Shown piece by piece: positions 1 to 9,778 of a stretch of DNA of 64,000 nucleotides. The stretch lies in IMG/VR virus record IMGVR_UViG_3300021962_000076, positions 1 through 64,000 of that record, one strand, 5' to 3'. The translations under genes and the position numbers were made by a program. The stretch is from an uncultured virus (IMG/VR IMGVR_UViG_3300021962_000076) (taxonomy: Duplodnaviria > Heunggongvirae > Uroviricota > Caudoviricetes). The notes beneath the pieces were generated by a model. The model worked only from the letters and a program-made list of their open reading frames with translations. It had not been told where the DNA came from and searched no databases. The stretch's first letter is position 1. Each line of letters begins with the position of its first letter.

Positions 1-2
1 CT

Positions 3-593
3 GTTAAACCATCTGGAACTTCATCACTTGTATTAGGAACTTCATCAGGTATTCACGCTTGGCACAATGACTATTATTTAAGAAGAATTAGAGTTGGAAA
101 GAATGAAGCAATCTATTCTTACTTAGTGGCAAACCACCCAGAATTAGTTGAAGATGAATACTTTAGACCTCACGATACTGCGGTAATTACAATACCTCAG
201 AAAGCACCAGAAGGGTCAATTTTGAGGTATGAGTCAGTATTCCAAATGCTTGAAAGGGTTAAAAAAGTGTCACAAGAATGGGTTAAATCAGGACATAGAA
301 CAGGGCAAAATACACACAATGTGTCAGCAACAATCTCAATTAAACAAGATGAGTGGGACTTAGTTGGTGATTGGATGTGGAAAAATAGAAAATTCTATAA
401 TGGATTATCAGTACTACCATATTCAGACCACACATATACTCAAGCCCCATTTGAGGACTGTGATTCTGAAACATTTGACAAGTTATTATCAACTCTAAAA
501 AATGTTGATTTAAAAAAGATTGTTGAATTACAAGATAATACTAATTTAAGTGGAGAATTGGCTTGTGCAAACGGATCTTGCGAGATAATTTAA
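3..593 (+). CDS. nrdJ: Class II (adenosylcobalamin-dependent) ribonucleotide reductase, C-terminal part; the 5' end lies outside the window
   Basis: The frame is open from base 3 and reads VKPSGTSSLVLGTSSGIHAWH (KPSGT motif). It also contains HNVSATI and a C-terminal redox Cys pair, LACANGSCEII. Confidence 0.9.
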   Translation, partial: VKPSGTSSLVLGTSSGIHAWHNDYYLRRIRVGKNEAIYSYLVANHPELVEDEYFRPHDTAVITIPQKAPEGSILRYESVFQMLERVKKVSQEWVKSGHRTGQNTHNVSATISIKQDEWDLVGDWMWKNRKFYNGLSVLPYSDHTYTQAPFEDCDSETFDKLLSTLKNVDLKKIVELQDNTNLSGELACANGSCEII

Positions 594-599
594 GATTAG

Positions 600-637
600 A
601 AAAGTAAGGAATTTATTAAAAGTTCCTTACTTTTTTT
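600..637 (+). terminator. Intrinsic terminator after nrdJ
   Basis: Stem aaaagtaaggaa / ttccttactttt followed by a T-run. Confidence 0.75.
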
Positions 638-680
638 ATTTCACAATATATTTATATGTAATAACAAATACTTGTGAAAT

Positions 681-1292
681 ATGAAAAAAATTGAAATGAT
701 TGGTAAAGTTTTTGGAAAACTTAAAGTGGTTGAAGAACTAAAAAGAAATAAAAATGGTCATATAAGATATGGTTGTGAATGTGAATGTGGTAATATAACA
801 GAAGTTTTTGGGACACACCTACGTAGTGGTAGCATAATTTCTTGTGGTTGTAAAAATAGAATCAATAAAGAAGGCGGTATTAATGGTGATTTATGGTATA
901 ACATAACTAATCATAAAACCTCTAAAAGAGCGAACAGAAGAAATTTAGATTTTAATTTAACCAAAGAATATATTTATGAATTATTTAAAAAACAAAGTGG
1001 TAAGTGTAATTTATCCGGAATTAATATCACATTACCAATTAGTTGGAATGATAAATCATATACCGCATCATTAGATAGAATAGATAGTAAAAATGGTTAT
1101 GTTATTGGGAATGTACAATGGGTTCATAAACACATAAATGTAATGAAAAATATTTTCAGTCAAGATATGTTTATTTTTCTATGTAATCAAGTAACAAAAA
1201 ATAACAAATTAGTTGATTTTGATATTAAAAAAATTGATGAATTTAAATGGGGTTTAAACACAAAATATTATGAAAGTAACTTGGGGAAATAA
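681..1292 (+). CDS. Free-standing HNH-type homing endonuclease
   Basis: N-terminal GKVFGKLKV..CECECG..SCGC module; C-terminal SLDRIDSKNGYVIGNVQWVHKHINVMKN is HNH-like. It lies next to an RNR gene, a common homing site. Confidence 0.8.
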   Translation: MKKIEMIGKVFGKLKVVEELKRNKNGHIRYGCECECGNITEVFGTHLRSGSIISCGCKNRINKEGGINGDLWYNITNHKTSKRANRRNLDFNLTKEYIYELFKKQSGKCNLSGINITLPISWNDKSYTASLDRIDSKNGYVIGNVQWVHKHINVMKNIFSQDMFIFLCNQVTKNNKLVDFDIKKIDEFKWGLNTKYYESNLGK

Positions 1293-1350
1293 TGTAACAT
1301 TAACATATCAAGTATTGTTAGCGTTCTATAACTTAAGAAAACAAAACTAA
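1270..1350 (+). CDS. Putative 26-aa micro-ORF (MKVTWGNNVTLTYQVLLAFYNLRKQN), not in the ORF track
   Basis: ATG at 1270 and TAA at 1348-1350; it ends one base before the next ATG at 1352. Confidence 0.45.
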   Translation: MKVTWGNNVTLTYQVLLAFYNLRKQN

Positions 1351-1351
1351 A

Positions 1352-1582
1352 ATGACAGTTAACGCATCAAAAGATTGGGTACAACAATTATATGTTCAGG
1401 AGATTAATAAAAAGTCTCCTGAACCTGATTTTTATAAAGATAAATTTGGTAATATAGTTATGACTGAATCTTTTCATATTAAAAGAGGTAAATGTTGTGG
1501 ATCACAATGCCGTCACTGCCCCTACGAACCACTATATGAAAAAGGTAATACAAACTTAAAAGAATCATCGAGAAATCGGTGA
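1352..1582 (+). CDS. Small Cys-rich protein (DUF5522-like)
   Basis: RGKCCGSQCRHCPY motif. Confidence 0.7.
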   Translation: MTVNASKDWVQQLYVQEINKKSPEPDFYKDKFGNIVMTESFHIKRGKCCGSQCRHCPYEPLYEKGNTNLKESSRNR

Positions 1583-1589
1583 TTTTTTT
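1563..1589 (+). terminator. Intrinsic terminator with a GAAA loop
   Basis: aatcatcga-gaaa-tcggtgatt followed by a T-run. Confidence 0.65.
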
Positions 1590-1626
1590 ATTTATATAAA
1601 ATTATTACTAAGTATATTTATATAAT

Positions 1627-2088
1627 ATGGCAAATGGAATAACATATGGAATAACGTTTCCTTTTTCACAATCAACAATTGGTAGATTCTTAGGCGTTAC
1701 AGAAACATCTGATGATGAAATAAGGAGTAACATAATACACCTATTATTAACTAGAAAAGGATCAAGATATTTTTTACCTGATTTTGGTACTAGACTATAT
1801 GAATTTATTTTTGAACCATTAGATGGGCCAACATTCTCTGATATTGACGCAGAAATTAGACAAAGTATTGGTCAATATCTTCCTGGAGTTAGAGTTACAA
1901 ATATTGAAATAACTGATGCTAGTAATGATTTTGACAATAAAGGTGCCACATATATTAATTCAGAGGGTCAAAGAGAATATGTAATTCCTGGTTTAGCACA
2001 AAAAGAATATACAGCAAAAGTTAAAATCGATTATAAAATAACAAATTCAGCATTAGAGTCTAGTGATTTTGTTATAATTAATATTTAA
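1627..2088 (+). CDS. Baseplate wedge subunit, T4 gp25 / GPW-like
   Basis: IRSNIIHLLLTRKGSRYFLPDFGTRLYEFIFEP signature. Confidence 0.9.
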   Translation: MANGITYGITFPFSQSTIGRFLGVTETSDDEIRSNIIHLLLTRKGSRYFLPDFGTRLYEFIFEPLDGPTFSDIDAEIRQSIGQYLPGVRVTNIEITDASNDFDNKGATYINSEGQREYVIPGLAQKEYTAKVKIDYKITNSALESSDFVIINI

Positions 2089-2093
2089 TATAT

Positions 2094-3932
2094 ATGGCAG
2101 ATAAAAAGATATCATATACTACTAGAGACTTTGAATCGGTAAGAACAGAGTTAATTAACTTTACAAGACAGTATTATCCAGATTTAATACAGAATTTTAA
2201 TGATGCTGGTATATTCTCTGTTTTTTTAGATTTAAATGCCGCGGTAACCGACAATTTAAATTTTCATATTGATAGAAGTCTACAAGAAACAGTTCTACAA
2301 TTTGCACAACAAAGATCTTCAATATATAATATAGCAAGAACATATGGATTAAAAATTCCTGGACAAAGACCATCAGTTGCCCTAGTTGACTTTTCAATCA
2401 CAGTACCAGCTTTTGGTGATAAGGAAGACTTAAGATATTGTGGTATTTTAAGAAGAGGAGCCCAAGTTCTTGGGTCAGGTCAAATTTTTGAGACAGTATA
2501 TGACATTGATTTTTCATCAGCAATTAACGCTGAAGGGTTTCCAAATAGACTAAAAATTCCAAATTTTGATACTAGTGGAAGGTTATTAAATTATACAATA
2601 ACAAAAAGAGAAGTTGTCGTTAATGGAATTACAAAAGTGTTTAAAAGAGTTATAACACCAAACGATGTTAGACCATTCTTAGAGTTATTTTTACCAGAAA
2701 AGAATGTATTAGGAATTACAAGTGTTTTAGTTAAGGAAGGTACGCAATACACTACAATCCCACCAACACAAGAATTTTTAGGTTTAAATAATAGATGGTA
2801 CGAAGTAAGAGCATTAGCTGAAGATAGAGTGTTTGTTGAAGACCCAACAAAAGTATCAGACAATCCAGGTATTAAAGTTGGTAAGTATATTACAACAAGT
2901 AATAAATTTATAAGTGAATACACAAATGAAGGGTTTTTAAAGATGACTTTTGGTGGTGGAAATATATCTGCTGAAGAACAAATTAGGGATTTTGCAAGAA
3001 CTGGATACGATTTAAATATATCAAAATACTCAAACAATTTAGCACTTGGTAGTGCACTAAAACCAAACACAACATTATTCATACAATATAGAACTGGTGG
3101 TGGTGCTACTAGTAATTTAGGTGTTAATGTTATAAATCAAATTGGAACCGTAACATTCGCTGTTAATGGACCACAAGAAACAACAAATAGAACTGTAATA
3201 AATTCATTAAGATGTAACAATTTAACTGCCGCAGTTGGTGGTGCTAATAGACCAACAATAGAAGAAGTTAGAAATATGGTATCATTTAACTTTGCAGCAC
3301 AAAATAGAGCCGTAACAGTTAATGATTATGAATCTATTATTAGAAATATGCCATCACAATTTGGAGCACCAGCAAAAGTAACAATAACAGAGGAAAATAA
3401 TAAAATAAAAATAAAACTACTATCTTATGATGAAGATGGTAAGTTAACTGAAATATCATCAAACACATTAAAACAAAATATTGCAAATTACCTATCAAAC
3501 TATAGAATGATAAATGATTATATCTCAGTTGAAAGTGCGAATGTAATTGATTTAGGTGTCACAGTTGATGTTGTCCTAGATGCCACACAAAACCAAGGAG
3601 CTTTAGTCACAAAGATTGTTGATATTGTGACACAATATTTCTCACCAAGTAATAGACAAATGGGTGAAAATGTTTACGTATCAGAAATACGTAAGAATAT
3701 ACAAAACGAAGATGGTGTAATTAGTGTGTCTGATATTTTGTTCTTTAATAAAGTAGGAGGTCAGTATTCATCATCTCAAACGTCACAAAAATATTCAGAT
3801 CCTGAGACAAAACAAATCCAACTTATAGCCGACACAATATTTGCGGAACCAACCCAAACGTACCAAGTAAGATTCCCAAATAAAGACATTAACGTTAGAG
3901 TTCTTAATTTTAAAGGAATCAATTTCTCTTGA
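2094..3932 (+). CDS. Baseplate wedge protein, T4 gp6 / baseplate J-like
   Basis: YTTRDFESVRTEL N-terminus, AQQRSSIYNIARTYG and AQNRAVTVNDY motifs; it follows gp25. Confidence 0.85.
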   Translation: MADKKISYTTRDFESVRTELINFTRQYYPDLIQNFNDAGIFSVFLDLNAAVTDNLNFHIDRSLQETVLQFAQQRSSIYNIARTYGLKIPGQRPSVALVDFSITVPAFGDKEDLRYCGILRRGAQVLGSGQIFETVYDIDFSSAINAEGFPNRLKIPNFDTSGRLLNYTITKREVVVNGITKVFKRVITPNDVRPFLELFLPEKNVLGITSVLVKEGTQYTTIPPTQEFLGLNNRWYEVRALAEDRVFVEDPTKVSDNPGIKVGKYITTSNKFISEYTNEGFLKMTFGGGNISAEEQIRDFARTGYDLNISKYSNNLALGSALKPNTTLFIQYRTGGGATSNLGVNVINQIGTVTFAVNGPQETTNRTVINSLRCNNLTAAVGGANRPTIEEVRNMVSFNFAAQNRAVTVNDYESIIRNMPSQFGAPAKVTITEENNKIKIKLLSYDEDGKLTEISSNTLKQNIANYLSNYRMINDYISVESANVIDLGVTVDVVLDATQNQGALVTKIVDIVTQYFSPSNRQMGENVYVSEIRKNIQNEDGVISVSDILFFNKVGGQYSSSQTSQKYSDPETKQIQLIADTIFAEPTQTYQVRFPNKDINVRVLNFKGINFS

Positions 3933-4005
3933 TGATTTATTTTTTTTAGAAAAAGATTATTTTTTGAAAATAGGAAATAAACTATTTATCAAGAAATAGA
4001 AATCA

Positions 4006-7000
4006 ATGCCAAAATCGCAAAGAATATCAACAAACATAGGTGTAGACAAATCATTACGAGTACAGTTAGATCAAGACTTTGAAACACTAAATATATTATC
4101 GCTTAAAATACTAAAAAGTGACATATATAGTAGACAATGTTCTGACTATGGGGTTGTTGTTGGTAGAGTATCAGTTAATGGTGGATTTGGATTACCAAAC
4201 GCCAAAGTATCTATTTTTATACCATTATCAGAAGAAGACAGCAATAATGAAGTTATAAAACAAATTTATCCATACGAGTCATTATCTGATTTTGACGATA
4301 ATGGTTATCGATATAATCTATTATCTAAAAATCCATCATATGATGGTCACGTTGTTACCGGGACATTTCCAGATAGAGAAGAAGTTCTAACAGATCAGAC
4401 ATATATTGAGTTATATGACAAATATTATAAGTTTACAACTAGAACAAACGATAGTGGGGATTATATGATATTTGGTGTACCAACTGGTAGCCAAACCGTT
4501 TTTATGGACGTTGATTTATCTGATATTGGGTGTTTTTCATTATCACCACAAGACTTAATCCAATCAGGACAAGCCACCGAATCACAAGTAAATGGGTCTA
4601 AGTTTAAATCATCAACAAATCTAAGTGAATTACCACAAATAAAAACAATAAATAAAATTATTGAGGTATCTCCACTATGGGGTGAACCTGAAATATGTGA
4701 GTTAGGAATTACTAGAACTGATTTTGATTTAACAGCTGAAGCAAACATTAGTATAAACCCAACAGCTGTTTTTATGGGTTCAATTATATCAACAACAGAA
4801 GATGACGCCTTAAAAACTAATTGTAAACCTAAAAATAATACTGGTAATTTATGTGAATTGGTTTCAGGTCCTGGACAAATATTAACGATAAGACAAACAA
4901 TAGATATTGATAATGAAGGAAGACCAATACTTGAACAATTTGATTTAGGTAATAATGGAAAAGTTATTGATGGAGATGGTTCCTATTTGGTTAATTTACC
5001 AATGAATTTAGATTACATCTACACCAATGAATTTGGTGAACAAGCAATATCTAATGACCCAAAAGTAGGTATACCAACTAAAGCAAAATATAGATTTAAA
5101 TTTAAATGGGAAAATGAAGGTGGATTACAAAATGATTTTTTAAGAGCAAATTACCTTGTACCAAACATTAAAGAGTATGGTTGGACTAGTTCATCATATA
5201 GTACAGATCCATTAAAAACAGGTCTAGAACAAACAATAGAATTTATAACACCAGTTGGAAATACCTCAACAACGGTTACTTTTACACAAGATGGTGGATT
5301 AGTTTTTGACGAAACAATAAATACATCATCATATAGTGTGACAATAAATGGACAACCTTATTTTGGTGATACGCAGGTTATTAGTGTTTTGGCTGGGGAC
5401 GTTGTTGAAATAACACCAGTATTTATAGACCCAAGTACACCATCCACTGTTAATTATACAAATTATAATCAAGAATATTTTGAATTATTAAAATCATATT
5501 CATTTAGTCTAGATTGGGATGATTACGTAAATCAACAGGAAGCCATCAACTGTGAAGATACTTTTTATGAGTTTAATTATAACAAGGTATATACAACAGC
5601 TATGTTTATTGATAGATATAAAAATGGTATTGGTAGAGGTCGACATTTAGGTATTAAAGAAATTGATAATCGAAGTTGTAAATCAGATGTTAATACATTT
5701 CCAGTAAATGATGTCATTAGAAATTTTGACTTTTTATTTTTTGCCTTTAACCTACTACTCAACATATTAACACCAATATTTGTTGTTGTTTTATTTGTAG
5801 CACATTTAATTGCTTTAATGTGGCCAATTTTAAAATGGATATTAATAGCATTAGGTCTATATTTTACAGTACAAGCTGTATTTGAAGTTATTGACATTGC
5901 TAGTCAAATAGCTAATATTGGAAACGAAATTGCTGGTTTATTTAGTTTTGGTATTGGAGCAGTATTTAATTTAACAAATTTATTACAGGCTATATTATTG
6001 TCACTAACTCTTCTAGCTTTAATAACTAAAGCAATTTTTATTATTGGTATATCTCTTGGATTTTTAACCTTAGCAATATTTGCAGCACTTAAAGTCAAAG
6101 GATTTCCAAGAATTGGCCTTCCAATGATAACTTATCCAGATTGCTCAACTTGTGATTGTAATTGCGGTGAAGCTGAATTGGGTGATGATTTTGATAGTTC
6201 ATCTGTTGAGTCATACGCAAACCAACAAGGAAGTCAAAATATAAATTTAGGTGGTGATTTACCATCTGGAATACCAGTAATGACTGCAACACAAAATTCG
6301 ATTTTTGCACCAATAAATAAACTTAATAGCTACATAGTAGAACACCCAAATTTAGATCAACCTTTAAATGATGATAATGAACCTTTAAGATGTTATGGTA
6401 ATTTTTGGTTTCAAGGGAGCGGTAATGACTGTTTTGGGGGAATTGGAGGACTAGATAGAGGAGCTCCAGAATATCAATATCGTTCATTCACAAATCAATC
6501 AGCAAATCAAACATTAGATGGTAGTGTTGGTGTTCCAGCAGGACTTGGGTTTCTTAGATTAGCTGCAGGTAGTGAGTCATTAGATGAGTCTAATATCCAA
6601 TATGGTATTCCAAGTAAATATTTATTACACGCACCACAACCATTTTTATTTGCGACATATAGAAGTGGGAATAATAGTGATTCACTAAGATATTTAGCAC
6701 AACCAGCAACTGAAGCTTACTCACAAAAACTAAATGAGTTTAATTATAGACAAAAATATTTTGATGTTGTTAATAGAATTAAAGTCACATTTAATGAACC
6801 AGATAATAATGGTTTGTCACATTACGATCAACCACTAGTTATTTTAGCAAGACCGGGAATGCTACAAACTTTAGGTATTGGACAGTTATTCACTTTCCAA
6901 GACCCTAATTTATCTAATTGTAATGTAAATATAACAGGAGCAACATTTGATGGTGACACAAATCAGTTTGGAACAAATGGTGTAACAGGAACAACACAAA

Positions 7001-9777
7001 CAGGTCCCGTAATTCCAATAAGTGTAAATTATGCTAATACACCAACAACAAACGCAACAGTACAATATAGCTTAATTAATACTGGAGATGCCGAAACTTA
7101 TTTACAGTATCCAATAGATCTCGAGTATTTCCAAGTTATAACAGGGTTTACATATAACGAGTTTATAAATAACCCAAATACACAGTCCCCTTTTACTTCA
7201 GACAAGTTCCCAAACAAGTACTTAAACCATAGAACTTTATATTTTTATACTAATCCTAATGGAATCACTGATAGTGGTAGTATATCTCCAAATTCAGTAT
7301 CATCACTAAATGGTAATAGTAGTTTAACATTTAAAGGTTTTGGTGTTGAGACATATTTAGATCCTAACGACAACCCAAACTCAACAACCATAACAAATAT
7401 GGTTGATTATGAAAACTTTGAAGTTATTATAATAACAAGAGGCGTTGACCCGCACTCACCAAAACAAAGAAATAGATATGATTTATCGGTTATTTTTGGA
7501 GAAACATCTGAAAATGGGTCAGTTGTTGTTGAAGGAGACTATTATTTAAATGTACCAATACAAGGTACTGGTGTTGGCCCAAAACCAAAAACACATAATA
7601 CATCTAATAACTTAGGTAATAATAAACTATATTTCGAACCTTATAATTTTAGATTAGGAGAAACAAATGGTGGTATAAATGAGTTTTCACAATTTACATC
7701 TACACTACCATATTATTATTCAAATATTGACGAAGTAGACTATACACCATGGGTTAACGTACTTCCAACAACAAACCAGATAGGAGTTAATACTAATGGA
7801 ACAATATCATCAACAAATAGAAATCTAGTTTTACCAAATACACCATTATTACCAACTAGTGGTGTATTTAATAATACACATACTGCAAACTATTATTACG
7901 CTGGAGGATCTTTTACTTCATCACAAATAAATAACGGAACAGCCGTTATGTACGCTAATTTAGGTAGTAGTGATGGTAAAAAAAGTGATACCTGGAATTA
8001 TGATTGGGCTAGCCCAACATTTAGGAGATATGCAGTATACTCTCCCGCATACTATAGATACCCATTTTATCAAAGTAACCCAGTACAATTTAGTGTGGAC
8101 CAATCAGTTGGTGGAGCGCAATATCTTGTAATGAGAAGTGATAGGATACCAACATCAACATCTGTCGAAGAAGGACAACCATTCCCAGGATCAGACTTAA
8201 ATTACACAAGTTATGGTTTACACCAAAACAATAATTTCCAGGTATATTCTGTAGGTAACGCAGCCGCACCAATAAATACTTTTGCACCAGATATAAACCA
8301 AGGACAGGGAGTTTATGATGAAACTGAGTTTGTACAATCATTAACATCAACACTAAGTTGTGAAAATATGGTTTCAGTACAATGTTATGAGTCTAGTAAT
8401 GGAACTGGGATAACAGTAAATCCAGATTGTGAAATAACTAGTGATATTGTTAAACAAGGTTGTTATTGTTTATTAAATGGAAAAGAGCTAGATAATCCAT
8501 TTATTAAAAAACTATATTTAATAGATGGTTTATATGCTAGAGATGCTAGACTATTAGTTGAATGGAAAACAAGATTTTTATTAACCTTTGCGGCTTGTAG
8601 AGGAGTATTTGGACAAACATTTCAGAATAATTGGTTAAATGGTGCGTTATATATGTTTACATTTAATAAAACATCAAGATATAAAATAGACCAACCAACT
8701 GAGCCAACATATAAGTATTGTAGAGACACAATTGTCTTTAATCAAATAACAAATAGTTTCTTTTATAGATCTTCACCATGGAATGGTAATAATTTTATTG
8801 GTGTTGAGTCACCTCCAAACCAAAACATACCACAAACACTTGTAAACAATTACCCAGGTTATGGGTATAATGAAAAAAGAATTCAGTTCCCAACAACAGT
8901 AATGGACCTTGGACCTAGAGAGAAGTTTATATCTGAAATATGTTCTAGTGATAAATTTAATGGATATTTAGTTGATCAAGTTAGAAGTACTTCGTATCAA
9001 GACAATTCAGATGTGCTCCAAATGGGCTTTATATCTAGAATATTAAACGTTGGATTCTGGAATCAATTATTACCTATTGGAAATCCTGGTGGTGGTTCAG
9101 CAGAAGGTAAAGGAATCATTCAGTTTTTTAATAGTAATAGAAAGGGAGATAGAATAGATGGTGATATTGCACAAGCGCTATCGATAAATTCAGAATGGAG
9201 AGTTAAACCATACTTAAGCGAAAACTATAGAGATGTTGATTTATTTATTGGTGAAAGTACATCTCCAGCAAGACCATTATTTGGAATATTCTTCTCATCT
9301 CAAACCGAGGATTATATATATAGAAGAAAATTAAGTCCAGGTATTGAGTATTTTAGTTTAGATTGTGGGGGCGTTTACACTAATTTTGGATACACAACAG
9401 ATCAAGTTGTACCACACTACAAATGGAAATTAGCACCTCAAAACGACCAAACTAACTTTATTTTTGGAACTGAAAATAATAATTGGGATACAAACTATAG
9501 TAGTGGAGGGTTTTATACTAATGAGTATCAAAACTTAAATTTTGACAATATACAAGAGTATTTTACAACAGGTGCGGATTTAAATCCAGGATTTATAACA
9601 AACTTTGACATAGATGGCGACCCAGTCCCACAAAATAATAGCATACCACAAATAACACATGGATTACCGGGTGAAAGTATTTTAGTTGGTGCACCATTTT
9701 ATTTTTATTTTGGATTAAACAATGGAAATACAGCAATAGATAAATTTATTAAATTTTATATAGAAACAACAAGCTAA
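4006..9777 (+). CDS. Very large putative virion/baseplate protein (1923 aa) with a central multi-helix hydrophobic segment
   Basis: Long ORF in the baseplate operon. The N-terminus (GRVSVNGGFGLPNAKVSIF...TNDSGDYMIFGVPTG) looks like a prealbumin/carboxypeptidase-regulatory fold. Hydrophobic block at about 5731-6090. Confidence 0.6.
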   Translation: MPKSQRISTNIGVDKSLRVQLDQDFETLNILSLKILKSDIYSRQCSDYGVVVGRVSVNGGFGLPNAKVSIFIPLSEEDSNNEVIKQIYPYESLSDFDDNGYRYNLLSKNPSYDGHVVTGTFPDREEVLTDQTYIELYDKYYKFTTRTNDSGDYMIFGVPTGSQTVFMDVDLSDIGCFSLSPQDLIQSGQATESQVNGSKFKSSTNLSELPQIKTINKIIEVSPLWGEPEICELGITRTDFDLTAEANISINPTAVFMGSIISTTEDDALKTNCKPKNNTGNLCELVSGPGQILTIRQTIDIDNEGRPILEQFDLGNNGKVIDGDGSYLVNLPMNLDYIYTNEFGEQAISNDPKVGIPTKAKYRFKFKWENEGGLQNDFLRANYLVPNIKEYGWTSSSYSTDPLKTGLEQTIEFITPVGNTSTTVTFTQDGGLVFDETINTSSYSVTINGQPYFGDTQVISVLAGDVVEITPVFIDPSTPSTVNYTNYNQEYFELLKSYSFSLDWDDYVNQQEAINCEDTFYEFNYNKVYTTAMFIDRYKNGIGRGRHLGIKEIDNRSCKSDVNTFPVNDVIRNFDFLFFAFNLLLNILTPIFVVVLFVAHLIALMWPILKWILIALGLYFTVQAVFEVIDIASQIANIGNEIAGLFSFGIGAVFNLTNLLQAILLSLTLLALITKAIFIIGISLGFLTLAIFAALKVKGFPRIGLPMITYPDCSTCDCNCGEAELGDDFDSSSVESYANQQGSQNINLGGDLPSGIPVMTATQNSIFAPINKLNSYIVEHPNLDQPLNDDNEPLRCYGNFWFQGSGNDCFGGIGGLDRGAPEYQYRSFTNQSANQTLDGSVGVPAGLGFLRLAAGSESLDESNIQYGIPSKYLLHAPQPFLFATYRSGNNSDSLRYLAQPATEAYSQKLNEFNYRQKYFDVVNRIKVTFNEPDNNGLSHYDQPLVILARPGMLQTLGIGQLFTFQDPNLSNCNVNITGATFDGDTNQFGTNGVTGTTQTGPVIPISVNYANTPTTNATVQYSLINTGDAETYLQYPIDLEYFQVITGFTYNEFINNPNTQSPFTSDKFPNKYLNHRTLYFYTNPNGITDSGSISPNSVSSLNGNSSLTFKGFGVETYLDPNDNPNSTTITNMVDYENFEVIIITRGVDPHSPKQRNRYDLSVIFGETSENGSVVVEGDYYLNVPIQGTGVGPKPKTHNTSNNLGNNKLYFEPYNFRLGETNGGINEFSQFTSTLPYYYSNIDEVDYTPWVNVLPTTNQIGVNTNGTISSTNRNLVLPNTPLLPTSGVFNNTHTANYYYAGGSFTSSQINNGTAVMYANLGSSDGKKSDTWNYDWASPTFRRYAVYSPAYYRYPFYQSNPVQFSVDQSVGGAQYLVMRSDRIPTSTSVEEGQPFPGSDLNYTSYGLHQNNNFQVYSVGNAAAPINTFAPDINQGQGVYDETEFVQSLTSTLSCENMVSVQCYESSNGTGITVNPDCEITSDIVKQGCYCLLNGKELDNPFIKKLYLIDGLYARDARLLVEWKTRFLLTFAACRGVFGQTFQNNWLNGALYMFTFNKTSRYKIDQPTEPTYKYCRDTIVFNQITNSFFYRSSPWNGNNFIGVESPPNQNIPQTLVNNYPGYGYNEKRIQFPTTVMDLGPREKFISEICSSDKFNGYLVDQVRSTSYQDNSDVLQMGFISRILNVGFWNQLLPIGNPGGGSAEGKGIIQFFNSNRKGDRIDGDIAQALSINSEWRVKPYLSENYRDVDLFIGESTSPARPLFGIFFSSQTEDYIYRRKLSPGIEYFSLDCGGVYTNFGYTTDQVVPHYKWKLAPQNDQTNFIFGTENNNWDTNYSSGGFYTNEYQNLNFDNIQEYFTTGADLNPGFITNFDIDGDPVPQNNSIPQITHGLPGESILVGAPFYFYFGLNNGNTAIDKFIKFYIETTS

Positions 9778-9778
9778 T

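Noticed and set aside
3..1292. Intron or intein in nrdJ carrying the HNH
   Set aside because: The visible nrdJ part is continuous to its natural C-terminal Cys pair, and the HNH lies after the terminator.
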